This document shows positions 59,157 to 64,000 of a stretch of DNA of 64,000 nucleotides, piece by piece; position 1 is the stretch's first letter, and every line of letters begins with the position of its first letter. The translations under genes were made by a program, and so were the position numbers. This DNA comes from a virus, in the IMG/VR virus record IMGVR_UViG_3300023184_000048, positions 1-64,000 of that record; one strand, 5' to 3'. Under the pieces are notes generated by a model that did no database searches, was not told the DNA's origin, and saw only the letters and a list, made by a program, of their open reading frames with translations.

Positions 59157-59795
59157 ATAAATCCATTTAAACCCTTTGTGGGTTTTCTTTCTTCCCCGAC
59201 AGCAATGAACAATCATACTATGCATTGTCCCTAATTCATTACAGCATTCTTGAATAGAATTCCATTCTTTGATGAAAGAATTATCCAGTGTGAGTTGATG
59301 AATTTTTCTAGTTTTTGGTATTATATGATTCATACCTCTTCTCTTTAGAAATATTAGTTGACTCAATGATAAAGTCTTACCTTTATGGCTAATTGACATT
59401 TTATTTTTGGTTTCCGTGGAGTGTTTTTTGCCTATCATCTTTATTCGTTGATCTTCTGGCATTTTTCCTTTTATATAGTCGGCACCCACACCACCATCAG
59501 AAAAATTCACCAGAGTCCCCTCATTTGTATTCCTCTTTCCATATAGTTTAATAAAGTCTGTTTCTTTTGAAGAGATTTCGTCTTTTGAAAGATTTATACA
59601 CATGATTTCAACTTCATAAGCAGTTTTTGAGGTTATACTGTTCCAGAAAGCACTCCTACCTCTTGTTTCAAACGCTCTTTTAAATCTTTTATTTTCATTT
59701 TTAGCACTAACACCAACATAAAAAACTTCATTGGTGTCTAATCTAATGTGACGATACAAATATCCAGTATTTTGATTATCCCTTTTCAATTTCAT
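59127..59795 (-). mobile_element. GIY-YIG-variant homing endonuclease with NUMOD3 and NUMOD1 domains
   Basis: 'YLYRHIRLDTNEVFYVG', 'NFSDGG', 'GKKHSTETKNKMS', 'QLTLDNSFIKEWNSI...CCRG..KTHKGFKW'. Confidence 0.85.
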
Positions 59796-60007
59796 TGTTC
59801 ATCATCCTTTCTAATGATATAACCTTTACTTTTAAGAATATCACTTATATTAATCCAAATATCCTCATCTTCTTTAAAATTATTACTAATATAAATAGTT
59901 CCATTCTCTAGCTGAGATGCTTCAGGTATCAACCCTTGTTTGAAATGATTGTAAGCTGTTCTATAAGTTATTCCCTTCTCCTTCGCGTAATCCGATAATT
60001 TCATCAT
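59792..60007 (-). CDS. IS607-TnpA/MerR-like winged HTH without recombinase domain
   Basis: 'MKLSDYAKEKGITYRTAYNHFKQGLIP.A.QLENGTI' matches the N-terminal DNA-binding domain of IS607-family serine transposases. Confidence 0.75.
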   Translation of the reverse strand: MMKLSDYAKEKGITYRTAYNHFKQGLIPEASQLENGTIYISNNFKEDEDIWINISDILKSKGYIIRKDDEQ

Positions 60008-60020
60008 ATAATTATTTAGT

Positions 60021-60047
60021 ATATTTTACATATTTTTACATATTTTT
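60021..60047. repeat. Short direct repeats (ATATTTTAC-ATATTTTTAC-ATATTTTT) between divergent promoters
   Basis: Read directly; about 10-nt period. Confidence 0.8.
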
Positions 60048-60048
60048 C

Positions 60049-60076
60049 TTGAATTAATTAAAAACTAGAATACAAT
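60049..60076 (+). promoter_or_regulatory. Sigma70-like promoter with conserved ATTAAAAACTAG spacer
   Basis: TTGAAT-TAATTAAAAACTAGAA-TACAAT; ATG 6 nt downstream. Confidence 0.7.
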
Positions 60077-60082
60077 ACGGCT

Positions 60083-60544
60083 ATGTTAAATCAATTTCAT
60101 AAAAATAATTTGAAAGAGCAATGGGAAATCGATTTGGCTAATGATTTTCCCGAATTTTTCCTAGAACCTTCAGAAGAGGTTTTGAAAATATGGGAGGAAT
60201 ATCATGAGACTGGTGATATGCCTAGAAATAAAGAAGACCTATGCAACCTTAGATATGGTATGGAATTCAGGTCAGGTTGGTCAGGAATTGCTAGAGATCA
60301 TTTTGAATCTATCAGAAAACTTATCCAAAAGGCTAAGGATAATGGACATGATCTGGGTTATAAAGGTTTCATCATCAAACAAAAATGGCACACCTTGAGG
60401 GATCAGAGTGATCTTATTGGAGAAGATCGAAAGTTGTATTATAAGGAATATTCTAATTTGGTGGAAGATCTTTATGATAAATCAACCAAGGTTGATGAAA
60501 AAACAGGAGAACCAATTAATCAAGCTTTTGAACGATTATTTTAA
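60083..60544 (+). CDS. Hypothetical protein
   Basis: 153 aa; 'IIKQKWHTLR' resembles the widespread phage 'QVKEKFGGLR' family. Confidence 0.65.
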   Translation: MLNQFHKNNLKEQWEIDLANDFPEFFLEPSEEVLKIWEEYHETGDMPRNKEDLCNLRYGMEFRSGWSGIARDHFESIRKLIQKAKDNGHDLGYKGFIIKQKWHTLRDQSDLIGEDRKLYYKEYSNLVEDLYDKSTKVDEKTGEPINQAFERLF

Positions 60545-60546
60545 TT

Positions 60547-60792
60547 ATGAAAAAGACTTATAGAGGATGTGAAATCTATTCCAACCGCGAAAAGTGCTTA
60601 GGTGGATGGTCGCAAGTTTATTGGGGTGCTTTCGATCTAAAGGATGGGTATCAAATTTCGTGTGATCACACTGAAGGACCAGTGAAAGACGGCGTGTTAT
60701 ATGCTAAGACATCAGTAGATGAATATCTAGATGAATATAAGTCTGATCAAGATAAACATTCTGATCGTTGGTCATCTCTTTATAAATATTAA
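60547..60792 (+). CDS. Hypothetical protein
   Basis: 81 aa ORF. Confidence 0.55.
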   Translation: MKKTYRGCEIYSNREKCLGGWSQVYWGAFDLKDGYQISCDHTEGPVKDGVLYAKTSVDEYLDEYKSDQDKHSDRWSSLYKY

Positions 60793-60793
60793 C

Positions 60794-61543
60794 ATGAATT
60801 TTAAAATGTTTTTTGAGAAAAATATTTCTAATCCTCTGAGGAAACAGCAGATCAAAGATGAAGGTGGTTACGAATTTCCAACTTCAGAAAATAAAAGAAC
60901 CAAGATTGATGGAAAGTATCGTAAGATATATGAACACCAAGGAATTCAAGTTTTCTTAGACAGAACAATTACTTCTGATTTCTCACAAAGTTCATATAAT
61001 ATGAGAATGGTGAGATATTCAGTAAATGCTCTTTTAAGAGAATTGAGAGGCATCATTCCTAATAAAAAAGGCAGGATAGTAATTACTGATGTGAGTCAAA
61101 ACCCACTTGTTGGAAATAACATGACTACTGGTAAATCTGGTGGATTTTATCGTGATCGTATTGTTTATATTGATGAGTTTAGTGTGGATGATCCCAACAT
61201 TTGGAAACATGAATATGCTCATTATGTTGCTGATTTGATCCCGAAACAAACTGAGCCGATGTTGTATAAGGCTTATCAAGAATTACTAGATTCTTATTGG
61301 AAAAAGGCTAAGAAGAAGAGAAGACCCAATTTAGAACCAGAAGACCCAAGTTTTGTGGTCAGTGTGATGAAGGCGGAAAATATGAGAAGGAATATTTCTA
61401 AGAAATTGGGATTTCCAAGTTACGGATTAATGAACGAACATGAATTTTTTGCAGTCCTTATAGAAAACTGGAGTTCTCTTAGAAATGATCGAAACACGTA
61501 TAAGTTTAAATCATTAGTGAAAGTTGTTCTTGGTAGATTGTGA
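60794..61543 (+). CDS. Zincin metallopeptidase (lethal-factor/Pro-Pro endopeptidase-like), candidate internal head protein
   Basis: 'KHEYAHYVAD' (HExxH) plus distal 'YGLMNEHEFFA'; leader 'MNFKMFFE'; TATAAATA 5 nt upstream. Confidence 0.7.
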   Translation: MNFKMFFEKNISNPLRKQQIKDEGGYEFPTSENKRTKIDGKYRKIYEHQGIQVFLDRTITSDFSQSSYNMRMVRYSVNALLRELRGIIPNKKGRIVITDVSQNPLVGNNMTTGKSGGFYRDRIVYIDEFSVDDPNIWKHEYAHYVADLIPKQTEPMLYKAYQELLDSYWKKAKKKRRPNLEPEDPSFVVSVMKAENMRRNISKKLGFPSYGLMNEHEFFAVLIENWSSLRNDRNTYKFKSLVKVVLGRL

Positions 61544-61597
61544 TTGACATTTTCAAAATTCGAATTAAATACATTTGAATCATAATTAATATGAGCA

Positions 61598-61792
61598 ATG
61601 AATAACGAAAAATACGAGGCAGTGGTTGGGGCATATACTTTTATGCTTGTGGACGATAATACGATTGAAATCTGGTCTGATGTATCAGCAGCCTATGCTG
61701 ATTCTTTCATTTATCTAAAGAATGGGGAAATAAAGAATAGAAAAGATTTTGACATGGAAATTATGTCTTGGTATTCGAGAAACAGTAATTGA
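61598..61792 (+). CDS. Hypothetical protein
   Basis: 64 aa ORF. Confidence 0.55.
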   Translation: MNNEKYEAVVGAYTFMLVDDNTIEIWSDVSAAYADSFIYLKNGEIKNRKDFDMEIMSWYSRNSN

Positions 61793-61816
61793 CTTCATTA
61801 AAAACTAGGATATAAT
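61789..61816 (+). promoter_or_regulatory. Sigma70-like promoter with conserved ATTAAAAACTAG spacer
   Basis: TTGACT-TCATTAAAAACTAGGA-TATAAT; ATG 6 nt downstream (61823). Confidence 0.8.
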
Positions 61817-61822
61817 GTGGGA

Positions 61823-62023
61823 ATGAAAGACATTAAATTTTCACTTTTTATTGCGCTCACCTTTTGGTCTGCGATCATATCCAATGGCTGTTGGATTTTA
61901 TTCACACAAACTCCAAAGTTAAATCAGTCAGTCTTCATTCTAATATTTTTGGTTACGCTTGGACTATCATTTGCATATGTTATTGTTTTAATTAATAAAT
62001 TTGTAGATGATCTTGGCGAATGA
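61823..62023 (+). CDS. Small two-helix membrane protein
   Basis: Two hydrophobic stretches. Confidence 0.6.
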   Translation: MKDIKFSLFIALTFWSAIISNGCWILFTQTPKLNQSVFILIFLVTLGLSFAYVIVLINKFVDDLGE

Positions 62024-62196
62024 AAATTATCAGAATCATAATAGCAATATTTCGTCTTAACAAGAGAATTGTATGCGAAGAATCCGCAGGCCGTTCGCTT
62101 GTAGATTTCCACGACTATCCAGATACTGAACATAAAACACCATGGCATTTCACGACGCATATCTGCGAAAGATGCCATAAGAAATTCATTATATGA
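62020..62196 (+). CDS. Small hypothetical protein (58 aa, not in ORF track)
   Basis: MKIIRIIIAIFRLNKRIVCEESAGRSLVDFHDYPDTEHKTPWHFTTHICERCHKKFII; ATGA overlaps on both sides. Confidence 0.6.
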   Translation: MKIIRIIIAIFRLNKRIVCEESAGRSLVDFHDYPDTEHKTPWHFTTHICERCHKKFII

Positions 62197-62405
62197 AACT
62201 TGAAATAGGAAAAACATATATTACACTTTCGGATTTAGATTACTATCAGTCTTTACAGCCGAAAGGAACCATTGTAAAATACATAGGAACCAAACAAGGG
62301 TCTGAATATAGACCGATATTTTATGTTTTTGAATTTCCAGATGGCAGTAAACGATATATCGGAGATACTGAAGATGATATGAGTCAAGAAGTTCAAGAGT
62401 ATTAA
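62193..62405 (+). CDS. Hypothetical protein
   Basis: 70 aa, SH3-like beta pattern 'MKLEIGKTY...KGTIVKYIG'. Confidence 0.55.
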   Translation: MKLEIGKTYITLSDLDYYQSLQPKGTIVKYIGTKQGSEYRPIFYVFEFPDGSKRYIGDTEDDMSQEVQEY

Positions 62406-62410
62406 TTATT

Positions 62411-62740
62411 ATGAAACCTGAAGAACAACAAATTGTGATTGCCGAGGCTTGCGGGTGGACTGAATTCTGGGAGACGGAACGCCAAGGTTGGCGTTCCCAA
62501 AACCCCGATGGTAGCGGGGACAACTTCCTCCCCGATTATCTGAGCGATCTCAACGCGATGCATGAAGCTGTAAAAACTTTACCGCAAAATATTAAACCGC
62601 GCTACTTTGCATGTCTTTGTTCTGTTGTCTCTGGCGCAATTTCTTTATATGGATATTCAGAAGCAACAGAAGCCACTGCCGCAAAACGCGCAGAAGCATT
62701 CCTCAAGGCCTTAGAACTTTGGGATGAGGCGCATCATTAA
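62411..62740 (+). CDS. Phage ABA-sandwich-like protein, GC-rich
   Basis: 'IAEACGW...PDYLSDLNAMHEA...AEAFLKAL'. Confidence 0.6.
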   Translation: MKPEEQQIVIAEACGWTEFWETERQGWRSQNPDGSGDNFLPDYLSDLNAMHEAVKTLPQNIKPRYFACLCSVVSGAISLYGYSEATEATAAKRAEAFLKALELWDEAHH

Positions 62741-62817
62741 GATAATCTTCGGTTGCATAATCTTATTCGGATGGGTAATCATGGAGGTGATCGAACTACT
62801 ATACAAAACAATTAAGC

Positions 62818-63294
62818 ATGAGAGAAATTAAATTTAGAGTCTGGCACAAAAAATATAAGAAGTGGTTGACTGATAACGATTATGGAACTCATGCTTCAAG
62901 TAATTGGATGATGGATGTGTTTACTGGCAAAATCATTGATTTTGTCGATGATAATAATTCATATTCACCTACATTTTATCCGAATTATTATATGGATGCG
63001 CATTGTATCATTGATGAATCCCCATTTGGTGTTCAACAATACACTGGGTTGAAGGATGCAAATGGTGTTGACATTTATGAAGGTGATATCGTAAAAATAA
63101 TATACGATAAAGCAATAGGAGAAGTTTATTTTGATTCTAATTTAGGTGCTTTTAGATTAAAAGATAAAAGCGGTAAATCCTACCCGATTACAACATATAG
63201 ATTTGATGAGACAAATAAACCTATCGGATTGATTAATGTTGCAGATGAAGTAGTTGGAAATATCTTCGAAAACCCTGAACTTTTAAAACAATGA
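62818..63294 (+). CDS. yopX: YopX-family protein (copy 3)
   Basis: 'MREIKFRVW', 'QQYTGLKDANGVDIYEGDI', 'VVGNIFENPELL'. Confidence 0.9.
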   Translation: MREIKFRVWHKKYKKWLTDNDYGTHASSNWMMDVFTGKIIDFVDDNNSYSPTFYPNYYMDAHCIIDESPFGVQQYTGLKDANGVDIYEGDIVKIIYDKAIGEVYFDSNLGAFRLKDKSGKSYPITTYRFDETNKPIGLINVADEVVGNIFENPELLKQ

Positions 63295-63707
63295 ATACAC
63301 AAGTTAAACTAATTATTGCAAACACGCAAACAGATACAGTCTATTTCAATTATGGTGATGATTATTCAGATATTACACGGATAATGATTGAAGATCATTC
63401 TCTATGGGAGGAAGTTGAGGACATTTATGAATTACAAGATTTTGTTGAAGATTATAATCGAAATAACAAGAAGACAGGCAGTTTCGCATTTTTGATAATT
63501 AAAGATGAACAAATTACAGCACAATCAGCAATTGAAAGCATTCGAAAGAAACGAAAAGATATTATTGAAAAAGCTGAAGCCAAAGAAGAAAAGCGTAAAG
63601 AATTGGCGGAAAAGAAAAAAGAAGAAGCTCGTCTTAAAAAATTAGCTAAAACACAAGAGCAAAAAAGGCTTCTTTTCGAACAACTCAAAAAAGAACTCAA
63701 TGAATGA
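63291..63707 (+). CDS. Hypothetical protein with charged coiled-coil C-terminus
   Basis: K/E-rich tail. Confidence 0.6.
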   Translation: MNTQVKLIIANTQTDTVYFNYGDDYSDITRIMIEDHSLWEEVEDIYELQDFVEDYNRNNKKTGSFAFLIIKDEQITAQSAIESIRKKRKDIIEKAEAKEEKRKELAEKKKEEARLKKLAKTQEQKRLLFEQLKKELNE

Positions 63708-64000
63708 ATACCCTAGTTATTAGTGATATACATCTTGGAAGCGCAGTTAGTCAAAAAGAAGCAGTCTTGCGCGTTCTCAATCTGGACTTTCAAAAACTCG
63801 TTATTAACGGCGATTTATTCGACAGTTATTCATTCAAGCGATTTGATAAGAAGGATTGGGCGATTCTTTCTAAGATTCGAAAACTCAGCAAATCTCATGA
63901 AGTCATTCTTGTGCATGGCAATCACGATTCGGACGCACAATTTCTGAGTGCCATCACTGGCATGGACTTTGTTGAGAATTACTTAACCGTGATTAACGGC
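63704..64000 (+). CDS. Metallophosphoesterase (LpxH/UDP-2,3-diacylglucosamine hydrolase-like), partial
   Basis: Translated by hand: MNTLVISDIHLGS...INGDLFD...HGNHD; runs off the window end; not in ORF track. Confidence 0.8.
   Translation, partial: MNTLVISDIHLGSAVSQKEAVLRVLNLDFQKLVINGDLFDSYSFKRFDKKDWAILSKIRKLSKSHEVILVHGNHDSDAQFLSAITGMDFVENYLTVING

Noticed and set aside
59792-60007. Complete IS607 transposon
   Set aside because: No serine-recombinase catalytic domain and no TnpB; reported only as an HTH remnant.
62738-62815. Readthrough of TAA at 62738 into 24 further open codons
   Set aside because: The protein already ends at a family-typical C-terminus, and a 24-codon open stretch can occur by chance.
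1-64000. Genome-wide stop-codon reassignment (TGA=Trp or TAG=Gln)
   Set aside because: Core genes are full length in code 11, many end in TGA with ATGA overlaps, and TAG ends the 38019 gene. Only one isolated in-frame TGA was seen.

Overview
A 64 kb, AT-rich, gene-dense segment of a large T4-like (myovirus) phage genome. It opens with a replication block: C-terminus of a gp41 helicase, possible gp59, gp32 ssDNA-binding protein, gp45 clamp and gp61 primase, with the gp44 clamp loader further on. Small accessory genes, an ATP-grasp protein and a GT2 glycosyltransferase follow, then a minus-strand block of fibre/virion genes (15-27.6 kb). The main structural block (32-56 kb) has gp25, gp6, gp14, terminase gp17, gp3, sheath gp18, tube gp19, gp54/gp26/gp48/gp53-like genes, a tape-measure-like gene and a probable gp16. 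An accessory right end closes the window. There are three free-standing GIY-YIG-type homing endonuclease genes. I found no tRNA, rRNA, CRISPR array or reverse transcriptase. Most notable observations: (1) 29 genes have TAAATA exactly 5-6 nt before the start codon, and an early promoter class has a conserved ATTAAAAACTAG spacer, both implying leaderless mRNAs; (2) a dispersed set of candidate capsid-packaged proteins with T4-like capsid-targeting N-termini, one a lethal-factor-like HExxH metallopeptidase; (3) strong Leu-Ser-(Ala/Gly/Ser) enrichment in fibre proteins, next to a mucin-like protein and a glycosyltransferase (possible virion glycosylation system); (4) an intact trypsin-like protease among fibre genes; (5) a secreted, circularly permuted discoidin/CBM32-FN3 protein; (6) a catalytically degenerate terminase-ATPase paralogue behind a Tat-like leader; (7) an IS607-like HTH coupled to a homing endonuclease behind tandem repeats. 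All family calls come from motif recognition by eye, with no database searches.
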